From Octopus sinensis (lineage: Eukaryota), in NCBI RefSeq assembly GCF_006345805.1, contig NC_043000.1, positions 139,996,001-140,060,000 on the forward strand: a stretch of DNA of 64,000 bases, in the 5' to 3' direction. Both the position numbers and the translations under genes were made by a program. The notes below the pieces were generated by a model. That model ran no database searches. It worked only from the letters and a program-made list of their open reading frames with translations, and had not been told where the DNA came from. This document shows, in pieces, positions 39,051-53,319 of this stretch (position 1 is the first letter of the stretch; each line of letters opens with the position of its first letter).

Positions 39051-41154
39051 CATATCAACATTGTCTACTATCCATAATAGATGTTGGGATAAATGAGTCA
39101 ATACAATTGATGCTTAAATGTTAAAATAATAAAAAATGAAATAATATACCCGAACTGAATATATATCCACGTGGTTCCATTCATAACACTAGGCAATGAA
39201 CCTAGAAATATTACTTTCAAAATGTACCGGTGCTGTAAAACGAATGCCTGTCTGTAATAGATTTTACAGACACATACTTTTATAAAATTATAATACAACT
39301 AAAGTCACGAAAAATATCAACAAATGCTTAATTATATTAATGGACCACTTAACCAAAAGTTAAGAAAACTAAGTGATCAAAATGGAGAATATTTTTTTAT
39401 TGTCCGATGGAGTAGCATCTGGTTTTAATCAAGGACGATGTTTCAAACTAAAAAAAACATTCGTCTACCTTTGAATCTAGAAACCGAATTTATGTAACAG
39501 CTTGTTCAAGATGCGAAAGAGAATTATGTAGGAAAATTTAGAGTGACCTTAAACAGGTAATGATATCACACAGAGGAAACAATGTGCTCCTTCACTGGCG
39601 ATAAACATTTGTGTACATATAGATACGTGCAAATTGAATCTTCCACAGAAATCTAGTTGTCTACGTCACAAAATTGCTTTCTACGTCACACTAAGATAAT
39701 GCAGTTAATTATTTCAAATGAAAACAAACAATATGATTGGTTAAAATTCGCAGATTTAATCTACCCTTAAAGTTATAAAATACATTTTTCTCAAATAAAC
39801 AAGTTGAAACTAGTGTTTTCTTTTGAGACACTCTACCTGTATACGAAGTTTCAAATTATTTAGTTAACTAGAAAAATCTGACGAAACAGGCCTTGGAAGT
39901 GAAAAGACCCGAAATCTAATTTAATCTTCCACAAAAACAATTGTAGTTGATTGCGTGTTGATAATAAGACGATTTAAACTGCCTACAAAGATTAAACCCA
40001 ACGTTTTCCTTGGTCACCATATTTTGGTTGGAAAACATTCTTACCATATATTCATAACATGATCAGTCATAATCAACAGTCATTCGACGTATATCAAATA
40101 TTTAATAGTAGTTCTGTCATTGGCACAAAGTTCATTTTTTCTTCCTGTTGTTAATAAACTTGCAAAATTCAATTATCTTCTTGTCGTCCCCGTGAAATGT
40201 AACCGTGTTTATGTTTTTTAAGTTCTTCGAAAATGTGTTAAGAGGCAATGCGTACTATATCTAAGGTATGTGAATCTATAATACTTATACATTTAAATAA
40301 ATGTACTATATTTTCCATAAAAATATCTCTACATTGTTGATGCTTTTGTCTAGCCTTATTTAAATACATAATACCTCTTAACAGATTTACTCAAAACCAA
40401 AAGAAAAAAAATCAATACAATTACGCCTTGCTGGGACGACGAGAAAATAATTGAATTTCACAGGTTACCAACAACAACAAGGCGACGGACAAGAAATGAA
40501 TTTTGAACCACACGCAGAAAAACCATTAAAAATTGCTTACGCCAGGTGATTGCTGATGACGACTGTACGGGAAGTACGGATCGTAATGAGAGAGATATTT
40601 TCTAAATATTATGAAGTGATCACTGAAGATGTAGGCTGTCTCAATTGGCAGTAGATTTAAATTTCTTTTCCGTTGATCATAGTATGTTCAACTTCGACTA
40701 AACTAGCTTTGAAAATGTTTCAAATATATCTTAATTTCTTTTTCACAATGTTTAAGTTTTGTGATCTCGAAATACTAATAAGCTAACAAGACTGTCATTC
40801 ATTTAAAATAAAGAAAAGGAAGAAAAATATTCTCCGTATTGAGAATTTAAATACACTCGCATGCACCCCAAAATCTATCCGTTTCTCTCTCTTCTGTCTA
40901 TAATCTGAGTGTCTGTCTTCCCCTCATTTCTCTCTTTATATATCTATTTGTATTTGGTTAATGAGAGAGACGGAAGATGGAAGATATGAGAATTTTTATT
41001 AATCACAGCAACTGTTACGAACCATCTAGCATCGATCCCCTACGGGTGGGATAATTAACTGGTTTAGGATCATCTGTCGGTGTACATCTATAGGTATGTA
41101 TGTATGTATGTATGTATGTATGTATGTATGTATGTATGTATGTATGTATGTACG

Positions 41155-41248
<94 letters not shown>

Positions 41249-41338
41249 GGGAGAGTTTACAAAAAAAAAAGAGACGAAGACAAGTGGTGTACAAAACAAA
41301 CAGATGTATTAGCATAACGCTCAGGAAAAGAAAAAAGT

Positions 41339-41373
41339 CTTTTACGTTTCGAACTACGCTCTTCTACAGAAAG
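41339..41373 (-). ncRNA. Minimal hammerhead-like fold with variant core CUGUAGA
   Basis: CTTT-CTGTAGA-A-GAG-CGTAG-TTC-GAAAC-GTA-AAAG, inside a short repeat (41270-41430). Confidence 0.6.
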
Positions 41374-41456
41374 GGACACAGAAAAAACAAGGAGAGAAAC
41401 AAGGAGAGAAAAAATGTGTGTAGTGGCTAACGATCTATCATGGCGACAGATATCTA

Positions 41457-41516
<60 letters not shown>

Positions 41517-41612
41517 AATATATATATATACAGTTGAAATTTACACAAAAAACGAAGATAGGTGAATGAACAAGCGGGTGAATTAGTTTGGCGATCGGGA
41601 AAGTGAGAAAGT

Positions 41613-41648
41613 CTTTTACGTTTCGAGGCTACGCTCTTCAACAGAAAG
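41613..41648 (-). ncRNA. Minimal hammerhead-like fold with variant core CUGUUGA
   Basis: CTTT-CTGTTGA-A-GAG-CGTAGC-CTC-GAAAC-GTA-AAAG, inside a related short repeat (41535-41705). Confidence 0.62.
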
Positions 41649-42224
41649 GATTTCGAGGAAATAAACAGAGAGAGAATAAAAAACTTATGGATTTAGCGGT
41701 CAAGCATGGCAATATATAAAGTAACAAGAAGATGTATTTAGTATTAAACTATATTCTGAACAGCGTTCGTTTCGAATCGCCCTGCTATCGTCCCTTATGT
41801 GTGGGACTGTTCAACCTGTTGTGTTGCGTCCATTTTGCAGTCTGGGTTTCATCAAGTACATCCATAGATAAAGATTTGTCTCACTAAAGAGCTTGAGTGT
41901 CGGCTGTTATGTTGTTATATGCCCGTCTAGTTAGGGAATGAATAAAATGCAAACAAGACTGCAGAAACGCATAAATTCAAATATGAACGTGGAAATCTTG
42001 CGTTCCTTTCTAGATAAAATGACTTAATCAGCTTCCGCTTTCATAACCGCTTAGAGGGAAAAGAAAGCAAAAGAAGAAAAGAAAGAAGAAAGAAAAATAG
42101 GAAAAAACAGAAAAACGAATACTTAACCAAACAGTTTTGTGTACATATACATACACACACATAAACACAATAAACATAGACATACACATACACACCCTCT
42201 CGCACAATTTTCTATGTGTATATG

Positions 42225-42342
<118 letters not shown>

Positions 42343-42356
42343 ATAAAACGGTAAGA

Positions 42357-42521
42357 TAACTTAACGGTTCGGCAAAAGAGACCGATAGAATAAGTACTAG
42401 GCTCACAAAGAATAAGTCCTGGGGTAGATTTGCTCGACTAAAGGCGGTGCTCCAGCATGGCCGCAGTCAAATGACTGAAACAAGTAAAAGAGTAAAAGAG
42501 TATTTGAAATAAGTATATTTT
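42357..42521 (+). repeat. Exact 165-bp copy of 43748-43912 (SINE A 3' half plus flank)
   Basis: Base-by-base identity, including 21 bp of non-SINE flank. Confidence 0.92.
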
Positions 42522-43475
42522 ACCGTTTTATCAATAAATTTATCAATAAATCACCTCCCGGACGACGTTATTCTCAACTAAGAGCTAATACGACCTTTTT
42601 GGGATTATCGCCTAACATCGGTTGAGGACTCTCACAAACAAAAGAATCTAATATGGACGCATATCACATAGATTATTCTATATATATATATATATATATA
42701 TATAACACAGTTATTTTATTCCACACGGGTAGAATTATAGGATAATATAAGTTGAAAATGCACTGAGAAAAGTAAATTCTTTTGTATTAATATATTTAAA
42801 GCTTTAACCGGTTTCACAGTTTACACCGATTTTCAAAATGTTCAAATAAAAAGACATGTCTTATGTCGCAGCTGTCTTGCTTCTGACTGGTGTTTGAAGT
42901 TTTCCTTATTTTTATTGTATAATAGGAGGAGTATATCTTTGTTTTTGGCACATAACTGGTCAGAAAATTACCATTAGTTTCGCGTATACTATTGCACTTA
43001 GTAATACAGACAATATATCAGACACGGTGATTGGAAGCAAATATCCTCTTTACTGTTTGAGGTTGATATAGCGTTTTGGTCAGTTAAAAATAAAACCGGA
43101 GCGGAAAGTTTGTCTGATGAGTCGTCTATGTTGCCGAGTGCAAGAAACCAGTAGTAAATTTCTGACTGATTGTTTGTCCTCACCAAACTTATACTACTCG
43201 ACTACACAAATGTTATGTATGCTTGTGTGTATGTGTGTGTGAAATGTGTGTATATGTGTATGTGCGTGTGTGTGTGTGACTATGTGGGCGTATGTATGCG
43301 CGCGTGAAAGGCAGTAGTAATAAAACAGGTTCGTATTTTGCGTAACTTTGGAAACCACCACTATTCGAGTTACAAGACACATTCGTATTTTTGCAGAAGA
43401 AAGCAGGATATATGTACAAGGAACACCACACTTTTGCTAGAAATAATGATCTTATTCAGGCTGTATAAATATTGG

Positions 43476-43891
43476 CGCAGGAGTGGTTGTGTGGTAAGTA
43501 GTTTGCTTACCAGCCACATGGTTCCAGGTTCAGTCCCACAGCGTGGCACCTTGGGCAAGTGTCTTCTACTATAGCCTCGGGCCGACCAAAGCCTTGTGAG
43601 TGGATTTTGTAGACGGAAACTGAAGGAAGCCCGTCGTATATATGTATATATATATATATGTATGTGTGTGTATATGTTTGTGTGTCTATGTTTGTTTCTC
43701 CTCCCCCCCACCACTTGGCAACGGATGGTGGTGTGTTTACGTCCCCGTAACTTAACGGTTCGGCAAAAGAGACCGATAGAATAAGTACTAGGCTCACAAA
43801 GAATAAGTCCTGGGGTAGATTTGCTCGACTAAAGGCGGTGCTCCAGCATGGCCGCAGTCAAATGACTGAAACAAGTAAAAGAGTAAAAGAG
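43476..43891 (+). mobile_element. SINE family A (full length)
   Basis: Head, CORE-like segment, microsatellite and tail all present. Confidence 0.92.
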
Positions 43892-45098
43892 TATTTGAAA
43901 TAAGTATATTTTCTTCAATGTATGCATTATACTACACTCTGCTAACTAAATTTTGTACCAATGTATATACTCAGAATTATAAATGATTCCTATTTTTTAG
44001 ATGTCTGCTGAAGTTACTAAACTATAAATATATTCTCGCTGCATATACGAACTGTCTAGGTTGTTAACCTGTCTCCAGAATGTAATATAGTTTGATGCTT
44101 TGGCTTGCATGTATGCATACATAGAGACATATACCTACATACATGCATATACATACATACATACATACAAACATGCATACATACACATGCATACATACAC
44201 ATGCATATATATGTGTCTGTGTGCAGCCGTGTGAATGTATTCTACATATTTTTGTATACATGTAGAAGACAGTTTTAGTTTAGTTGGTAGCTCGTCTGAC
44301 TGGGCTGCGGAAGATGCGTTGTTCGAGTACCAGCGAAAATTTCTCGTCTCCCTTTCAGCATTTTAACTTAAATTATAAACTATTATTTATAGCTGACATC
44401 GCTCCAAAATTCGTCGCTTATAAAATCACCCACCCATACACACACACACATACACATACACACACATATGCATGCGCGCATACACACACACACGCACGCG
44501 CGCATACACACACATATCAACGTATACTGCTTACACTTTTGTACTCGATTTGTATGGACCTTAATGTATAATCGTGACTTAAAAAAGTATGTACTCTAGG
44601 GTGGCTATTCCGCCAATGAAACATATACTGCAGAGAACGTAGGTGCTGTATTAATCAACTAATTAGTAGATTAATATAAACATTTATTTACAAGAAAGAA
44701 ATTTACCGAAGGGCTTTCATCTGCTTCTTCGAAATCTTTCTGTTAAAATTATATTGAAACCATTTGTGGGCATTTTTCTTTACAGCAACTGGTCACACAC
44801 CACAAGATTTAATGGAACTAACTGAAGCAGGCCAGCAAAATGTCATTTCGTACCCTTATGTCATGTCGCTGGTCCGTCACTCAATTCTAATCTGAATTAT
44901 TTTGTTGTAGTTTCCTAAAATATGATAGTGTATTTTCCGTGTTTTGGGATTCCTATATTCTAAACTACGTTTGTGTGTAGTTTTAGCTGTGGGTACCTTT
45001 GCATACAGCGGTGAGTGTTAATGTGTACGTACGGAGGACAGATGAGTTTGTTTTACAAGTATTTTCGTTTAATTTTTCATTATTTGTTCACATATATA

Positions 45099-45533
45099 GG
45101 CGTAGGAGTAGCTGTGTGGTAAGTAGCCCGTAGCTACTCTTTGTGCTGCCCTTGTGGCAAATTAAATGAAATAAAGTAGCTCGTTTACCAACCACATGGT
45201 TCCGGGTTCAACCCCACTGCGTGGCACCTTGGGCAAGTGTCTTCTACTATAGCCTCGGGTCAATTAACGCCTTGTGAGTGGATTTGGCAGACAGAAACTG
45301 AAAGAAGGCCGTCGTATATATGTATATATGTGTATATGTGTGTGCATGTGTTTGTGTGTCTGTGCTTGCCCCCCCCCCAACATCGCTTGGCAACGTGTTT
45401 ACGTCACCGTAACTTAGCGGTTCGGCAAAAGACCGATTGAATAAGTAAGTACTAGGCTTACAAAGAATACGTCCTGTGGTCGATTTGCTCGACTAAAGGC
45501 GGTGCTCTGAAACAAGTAAAAGAGTAATAAAAG
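45099..45533 (+). mobile_element. SINE family A containing a 46-bp SINE-B-tail-like insert
   Basis: AAGTAGC duplicated at 45121-45127 and 45174-45180 around ...cccttgtggcaaattaaatgaaata. Confidence 0.85.
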
Positions 45534-46029
45534 AATATATGTCTACATGAGGATTCAAATATAGTTGATGATAAATATACTTATAAATATACATTTACAT
45601 ATGCTGTAAAGTTCAAAAGATACGTCAAAAGGTGACATGCGTTACCAAACGTTTTCGGCGAGGTATATCAGTTCTACAGTCAACTTTTATCATTAATGTG
45701 GTTAAAATGTCTTCGTAACTCCTAAGAGGCGCGAAACTGGAGTCCATGCAATAATATATATAGAAAAGAGACGCAAAAAATATAGTCGATATTATACTTT
45801 ATATGCTGACGTACGATATTTGATTACGTAACAAGGCGTTATGTTCTCGTAATTGATGCTTGGCCATCTCAGAAAGCAGGCGCATATTATATAAAGTACA
45901 AAAACTGACTATATTTTCTGAGTTCCTTTTCCACATACATACATACATACATACATACAAACATAAATACATACGTACGTACGTACGTACGTGTGTACGA
46001 ACGTAGATGTGTGTGTGTGAATGAGGGCG

Positions 46030-46301
46030 CGTGAACTGGGGGTGAGTATGTTGTGCTCATTATCACAAAATCGCAGTTTCGATTACTGGACTGGTTGACT
46101 TGCGCGTACAAATGCACGTTCCCACGGCTTTATCGATCGCATTCACACCTGGAATCGATTCTTGTGATTTTTTTCAAGACTTATACACGCACTGATACCG
46201 TCGGTATCTACATATCAAATTTGAGCGCAATCGGATGGAGGATGCCCGAGATCCTAGAAGACACACACATAGACAGACAGAACGGATTTTATATCGTAGA
46301 T
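46030..46301 (-). mobile_element. Helitron/Helentron-like non-autonomous element (DINE-1/HINE-like)
   Basis: Minus begins A|TCTACGATATAAAA, then (GTCT)n, then ccgattgcgctcaaatttg core. Confidence 0.55.
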
Positions 46302-47189
46302 ATAAAGACAACATGTTTTTATATGCAGTTACTTCAGAGTTAAAATAAGATCTATGAAACAAACCAGTATCAAACTGGAATTGCATCATTCGCTGAGTTT
46401 TCTCTATAACTGTCCACAGCACATCGCTTTTAAAATCTTCTAAGGATGGCTAAGGATTTCAGTAAATCAAGTAGATTAATTTAGATATATAACATATTGT
46501 TACCACCTAGTTCGATTAATTCATTATTGGTGTGTTAATTGTGTTAATTGTATAGAGATATTCTGTAGCACGGAATACCTCTGTAGAATTTAAGCAACAC
46601 CTTATATACAGAGAGATTTAAATAACTTGTTTCTATGCACAATGTAAGTCATTCCAACCGATTTGCTTAAGCCCTCAGTATAGTGCCTTCCCGACTAAAG
46701 TATTTACTTCTACTGTTGACTAAAATTTACAGTATAGCATTGACAGCAAACATGTTGAATGCACTAGCAATTTGTTAACTCAACTGGTTGCCATGAATAA
46801 TTTATAAATCGTACCAGAATCAACCTATTCGATTTATATAAGCTCTAAGGAACACTGAATTTATAAACAATTCCTTTGTGAGTATTTAAATGGTGTACTC
46901 CATCGCTGTCGAAACTCCGACAATGTATAGATACTACTCACTCTGAGTCTTCATTTTCTATCTGCGAATATTATACTGTATATAAAAATGAGATAAGCGC
47001 ACAGCGTTAAATTTAATTAAAATATGCATTCTGTAAATATATACCCGTGGAACGAAACACTTTTAATGCAATAGTTACGTGCGTGTATGTGTATATATAT
47101 AGATATGTATGTATGTATGTACACACACACACACACACACATACACACATATATATATATATAATAACAAAATGATAAATAAAACACAT

Positions 47190-47427
47190 GCATATATACA
47201 TACATATATGTACGTGGCTACATCTACATGTATATATACAAGCATATATGGGTACAGGACACCAAAAAAAAAGAAAAACGTCGAACACAATGAGAAACGA
47301 AAACGTAAACACAAATCCAAGGAAATGGACATTTTTCTTAAACAACGATAAAATAGAGTACAAGACATACAACACCAGGAAAATTCCCTTCTTCAACCGC
47401 CTCTGTTTCATCTACTTCGCGTTTCGA
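47190..47427. mobile_element. Short PLE-type repeat, same family as 28661-28885
   Basis: gcatatatgggtacaggacaccaaaaaa...gaacacaatgagaaacgaaa...ttcccttcttca. Confidence 0.75.
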
Positions 47428-48989
47428 TAATATATACATATATATGTGAGTGAGTGAGTGTGTGCGTGCATGTGTGTGTGTGTGCGTGTGTGTATTGCGC
47501 AAATGTTGAACATAGGGACAAAATCAGACTGCTTGTTTAAGCTGAAACGACCGGAGGAATGTGATGGCGCTTGTAATGACACCATTCCAGTCATAGAGAA
47601 AACAGTAGCCTTTACTATATCTGTGTCTGGTCAAACAATTTCTTTCATTGGTGGAAATATAACGTTGTTGATTGGTAGAAATGAAAACACGTTAAAGGAT
47701 GTGTGTGTGTGTGTGGTGAAGTACATAGTTTATTCACTCTGAATATTTACCTTGTCATTCAAGATTCACGCCACCGCGATATTCAGGCGAGAATTAACCA
47801 CTTTCTTTTGGTGGCATATTTATATTCGTTGATGGGGGATGTGGTCACTTGTCTGTGTTTGTTTATTAGGTTGCATTTGCGTGTTTTGATTGGCTATTAT
47901 TTTGTGAGCATTCTTTGGTTATTTTCTGGGGCTTTGTTTCTTTTATTTGTTGTATTATTCTTATTGTTTTAATATTTATCTGTTAAATTGTATATGTTAA
48001 TGTAATTAGGGCTGTTTATACGTTGCTTTGGCCAACTTTTTCCCGATACGTATCGCGTTGTAGTAGCAAATATTTTCATATTTGAATGCGTTTATTGAAC
48101 ACTTTTGTTCCGTCAAGATAAGATGGTTTTAAAAGCTTATTTGCGTGCATATTTGTTGAAGGCCTAGAGAATTTATATGCATCTCTGAAAACGTTTGAGT
48201 ATATCATGCATTGTAAACTATATTTCATAGTTGAGGTGCTTTAGCTAGTGGGTTACGAACTTTCTTTTGGTAGAGAATAAAATGTTTCATGAACAATTTC
48301 AAAAAGAAGCTTTGTTGTAAATTAATGAATGACTTTTAAACTGATTAGAAAGTTTTTCTTTGTTTCTCTCATTGAAGAGGATGTGCTTTTTGATCATAGG
48401 TATTTATTGTGTCTGTGTGTTAGTGTGTGTGCGTGCATGTGTGAGTGCATATGATGCGTCTTGTTTTATCTCGTGCATCAATGTAATGATCAGTTTATTG
48501 TTGCATGTACACACACACACATATATGCACAAAGGTTGCAGAAGTGAGAGAGAGAGAAAAGACACTACCATTGCGAGTAGTGATTAACTGCATGGCTTTG
48601 GAGAGTAAATTTTGGTAGTCAGTTAAGCATTTGTAAAGTTTATTGAGGCCGCGATTAATTTAATTTATTTCATATTGCTGCAGTCATCTCAGCTGTAAAG
48701 GAATAGCGCCTTACAGACTAATATCCTAAAATTTAGTAAATGAAGGATATCAATATCCTTTGATAGCTGCAGTACACTGTATGCAATGATTTGCAGTTCT
48801 TCTGCCCAATTACAGCACTTTACAAATGTGTGTGCACAGCCTCATGTGAGGCTCCGTGAGTTTTGTAACACTCCTGTAATTGATCAATCTTGATGCTTTT
48901 TACTCTAAAGAGGAAGCCTAGTATTTTGAGTATTGTTTTAGCAATGTTAAAATAAGCAATAAGGGTTGCCATGAAAATCATCTGATATT

Positions 48990-49408
48990 TATTTCTTTAC
49001 TACCCACAAGAGGCTAAACATATAGGGGACAAACAAGGACAGACAAACTGATTAAGTCGATTATATCGACCCCAGTGCGTAACTGGTACTTATTTAATCG
49101 ACCCCGAAAGGATGAAAGGCAAAGTCGACCTCGGCGGAATTTGAACTCAGAACGTAACAGCAGAAGACTAAATACCTATTTCTTTACTACCCACAAGGGG
49201 CTAAACACAGAGAGGACAAACAAAGACAGACAAACAGATTACGTCGATTATATCGACCCCAATGCGTAACTGGTACTTATTTAATTGACCCCGAAAGGAT
49301 GATGAAAGGCAAAGTCGACCTCGGCGGAATTTGAACTCAGAACTTAACGGCAGACGAAATACGGCTACGCATTTCGCCCGGCGTGCTAACGATTCTGCCA
49401 GCTCGCCA
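48990..49408 (-). mobile_element. SINE family B tandem dimer
   Basis: Two head-to-tail units joined at aaatacc|tatttctttac (49176/49177). Confidence 0.9.
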
Positions 49409-50346
49409 TTGCAATGTCATAGCATTTATGAAGAAACCGAGTAAATTAAGTGTGTCTTTGGAAAAGTGTATTGCAATATCACGTGTAGCGTGTTTCCCTA
49501 ATGTGTGTTATGGTGTTCTTTAAAGAGAATAGAATGTCATGCCATCGCAAGATATTTTCAAGGAATCTGTTTTCTGAGACAGGGGTGGTCCAGTGAGAAT
49601 TGTTGAGATTATGTATATGTAAAAAAGAATGAAGCATTGTTTGATCTACATAGAAGAAACAATTTGCAGAAAAACACGTCAGAGAATATATAGATGTGTG
49701 TGTGTGTGTGTGCGCGTGTGTGTGTTTGTGTGTGCGTGTGTGTGCGTGTCGGTGTGTCTTTTTGTCTGATTGTGTGTGTGTTTATTTCTAATATACGTGA
49801 TTTTTCTATTTTTTCAATATGATCGAAAAGCAGAGAAAGTAATAAATATAAATTCACCGAAATTTTATAGCTTAAAGGGTAATTATGAAATAAATGTTAT
49901 TTTGATACGCTTTCCGTTTAAATTTTCTTATACAAATTTTCTTACGCAAAAATATTTTCTTACCAAATTTTCTTATACAAAAATATTGTCTTAGTTGTAT
50001 TACTGTCAAAATGAAAACAAGATACTCTTCAAATGTTGGTGTATATCAATATTCTAGTCTCATAAAATATGAAAATCACTGACCCACAAATGCAGTTACC
50101 TGGATTCCCCTGGTCCATGCCATTTCTTTTGTCATTGTTCGTTGGAAAGTTGTCTACCTGCAACTCTTGCTGTTTGACTACCACCATTGGTGCGTGAGGC
50201 ATCATAGTAGCTGTTCGTGAGCAGCATTAGTGAATCCACACTGCTCAATAAAGCTATATTGTTGATATCCTCAAGCTATGAACAACATATCAGACATCTC
50301 TAAAAACATGTTTCACCCGCTGCCACAAGCCCTTTCCTGATAATTG

Positions 50347-50431
<85 letters not shown>

Positions 50432-50454
50432 TGTGTGCTGGCAACCATCCAATA

Positions 50455-50940
50455 AAAGTGCAATAGGAAAATATGAAGAGGATCACTGCCATCTGGCTTG
50501 CCTATCAAAATCAGAGACTTGCGATGCTCTACATCAAGCTCATGCCGTGCCAAAGCAGACATCGGCAGCAATGCACATTCTGCAGTAATAGCTAGATTTA
50601 TTATGTGAATTTCAGCTCTAATTTTACGCCACGATCCTTACCAGCTGCTCACGGAAGCCATGTGGAGAGGTATACCTGTCACTCAGTTCCCAAAATGTGA
50701 TAGAAAGACACTGACCCGATCCTTGAAGAAAATTCTACTGAATGTAGAGAGATTCATTTTGCGGCACATTGACACCATCAGCAAGAAGCTGTACAACTTG
50801 GAGACATGGTGGGGAGCAACTCGAGAGCAACAAATTATAATGAATCCAACATTTTGCAATGTTACAAAGATTGTACAAAATACTGCTACAAATTCTCTGC
50901 TAACATCTTTAAAAAAAGAATGCCATATGAAACATTAGAC
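50455..50940 (+). mobile_element. Possible retroelement (PLE-like) N-terminal ORF remnant
   Basis: HCHLACLSKSETCDALHQAHAVPK and a 92-aa frame (FPKCDRKTLTRSLKKILLNVERFILRHID). The resemblance is weak and no catalytic motif is present. Confidence 0.3.
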
Positions 50941-51600
50941 TCCATTATTATGTTCTAGTCAATTAGAGATAGCTTGAGGCTAAATAACGCAGAAATTCTA
51001 ATACCGTAATATTCTGATGCAATATCTATTGATCAGGTTATTTCTCATAAATAATATAAATAAATATATCGAAATATCATAACACCGGATATCATAATGA
51101 CTGTAATGTCATATAAACTATCATAATGCAACTCATAAAACAACATGCCAATAATATATTAAAGCCTAGCAATATCTCAGTATAATTATTATACACTGAT
51201 TGGACAATTTGAATTTAGTTATGTGATCAAAGTTATTATATACAAAATAGCTGAGTGGGATATCAATCAATTTTTACAGCGGATATATGTAGTATGTTTT
51301 CTGTAGTAATCACATGCATAACTTTCACTGCTTATATTGGCGTACTTTGTTACGGGGGTCCTTATACCTATCTGATGTCAGTATCAGACAAGCTGAAATG
51401 GGTTGTCTACTGTTGAATTATATTGTCCTAAAACCTGCATTTTGGGTTAGCAACATTTTCGAAGATATGAGCTTCTTAGTTTCTGGTAAACTAGCTGGTC
51501 TTGTGCTGCCAGTGTACATTATTGTTACCATTATCGTTATGTATCACAGAACTGAATGGAAATAGAATATTCGTTTTATTGTTTTACTACATGTTAATTG

Positions 51601-51863
51601 TGGAGGCGCGTGGCTTAGTGGTTAGGGTGTCAGCATCCTCATCGTAAGATTATGGTTTCGATTCCCGGACCGGGCAACGTGTTGTGTTCTTGATCAAAAC
51701 ACTTCATTTCACGTTGCTTCAGTCCTCTCAGCTGGCAAAAATGAGTAACGCAACGGTGGACTGGCATCCCGTCCAGCTGGGGAACACATACGCCATAGAA
51801 ACCGGGAAATCAGGCCCATGAACCTGGCTAGGCTTTAAAAGGGCGCATTTATATATTTTTTTA
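51601..51863 (+). mobile_element. tRNA-derived SINE, family C, 13-bp TSD
   Basis: A box, B-box-like GTTTCGATTCC. ACATGTTAATTGT at 51589-51601 and 51864-51876. Confidence 0.92.
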
Positions 51864-51894
51864 ACATGTTAATTGTCTAGTCTTAACAAAGACG

Positions 51895-52400
51895 ACATCG
51901 AAAGTATTTTTTCAAGATTATATGCCGTTCCAATGTAAACAGATATCTGGAATATTCTCATATCTGCTTTGATATCCGATTATTGTTGGTGGCAAGCTAA
52001 TTTTGAGGAGATTGAACTTCATACTCTCATAGTAATCGATACAACATTCACTTTTGCTGCTGGGCATTTCCACATTCATAATATCACCATTTCTACATCG
52101 GCAAATTTCGAGATCTGTTTACTTCATTGTTGGCAACGATTTGTCTGAAGGAATTGCATCGTGTATCATGATCGTGTATTATGTAACATTGTTTTCTTTT
52201 TCTTATGTACAATAATGCCTGCCAACAGTGTTCAATTGTTATGTCTAACTGGAAATCAAAATCTCAAATAATTTTTCTTTCATTTTTATTTAGACCCCTT
52301 TCTGGTATATAATTGTACCACTTGTTTGAAATGTTCTGTCCGTATTTGTCGTAAGGGTACCAAACGTTATCATTATCGCACATTCTTTTTGTTCTAATAT
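51895..52400 (-). mobile_element. R4/Dong-like LINE restriction-like endonuclease C-terminus (decayed)
   Basis: NKWYNYIPER...KII*DFDFQLDITIEH...DAIPSD...VYIGTAYNLEKIL matches WY.H.P...ILWDF.IQTD..I.H.RPD / D.AIP.D / LLGTA.IL.KVL. Confidence 0.72.
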
Positions 52401-52859
52401 TTTGAACCCTGCTACATTACGCTTAATATTTCCCCATCGCTGATTACATACGTAACATTTTTTTCTTTGAAGGGACGGAGTGAATACCCTTACTCACTGA
52501 ACTAGTGCTGAGGACTTGCTCTTGAGACACCACCATTAAACACTCAATTTTTCTCTTTAAATCTTCGCTCGGGATCCACTCAAGCGGGGCGGCAACGAAG
52601 TACCGTCTCAGAATGGTGATCTTGCCAGTTACAACACAGTTCGTCACCTGTCTGCGCCAGGTGGACAGCATGCACTAAGCATAGGCAGGCGCCTTTGAGC
52701 TGAGATGCTTTGAGAAAACAACTCATTGTATATTTTTCGGAGGTAATGTCTGTTTTTAATTTCTATTATAGAATGAAGCAGGTGATTAGTTGATAATTTC
52801 TAACTGCTTTTACTTTTATTGGATATTTCCCTATCAGAATTGTTATTCCTTCACTATCA

Positions 52860-53200
52860 ATCCTGGTACAGTTTCTTGTGTCACACAATTATTCATAGGG
52901 TTCCCAGTCTGAGTGTGTAAAAATTTTCGATCTTGTATCGATAAGCCTTTGACCTAATCTGGTCCTGAGACTTTCCAAATCGTACTATCTTTACCTGCAG
53001 CAGATCATTGCCGCTAATTATCCAACTAGGATATTGTTTCGCTGAACTGCTTATTTCCACTTTAACTATTTTCATTCATTCCGCATATTAATTATATGTG
53101 ATCTAGAATCCCCAAATTCCTGTCTAAAATTCTATTGCTTTCCCAAAACTTAAGTGGTAATATTTCCTTAAATGTTATAGTAAACCTGTCTGAATGATCA
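52860..53200 (-). mobile_element. Possible L1/Tx1-like ORF1 remnant
   Basis: KIVKVEISS...YPSWIISGNDLLQVKIVRFGKSQDQIRSK resembles the segment before a decayed zinc knuckle; the cysteines are absent. Confidence 0.3.
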
Positions 53201-53319
53201 AAAGGTTTCCTTATGCTCGAATTAATGGAATTGCTCTTTTAATGCAACGCTCTGTTTTGGTTGCTTTGGCATTTACGTTTTACTAAGTTAGCTTAATTAA
53301 CTAAGTTAGCTTAATTTTT

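Noticed and set aside
40553-40590. CTGATGA followed by a CGA..GTAC/GTAC..TCG hairpin
   Set aside because: Followed by GTAAT rather than GAAAC, and no stem I or III could be formed.
44287-44350. tRNA-like A and B box spacing
   Set aside because: No cloverleaf pairing; at most a decayed SINE head, not a tRNA gene.
47490-47700. Open, protein-looking frame SDCLFKLKRPEECDGACNDTIPVIEK...
   Set aside because: No good splice sites, no recognisable family, and the opposite strand is similarly open; unsupported.
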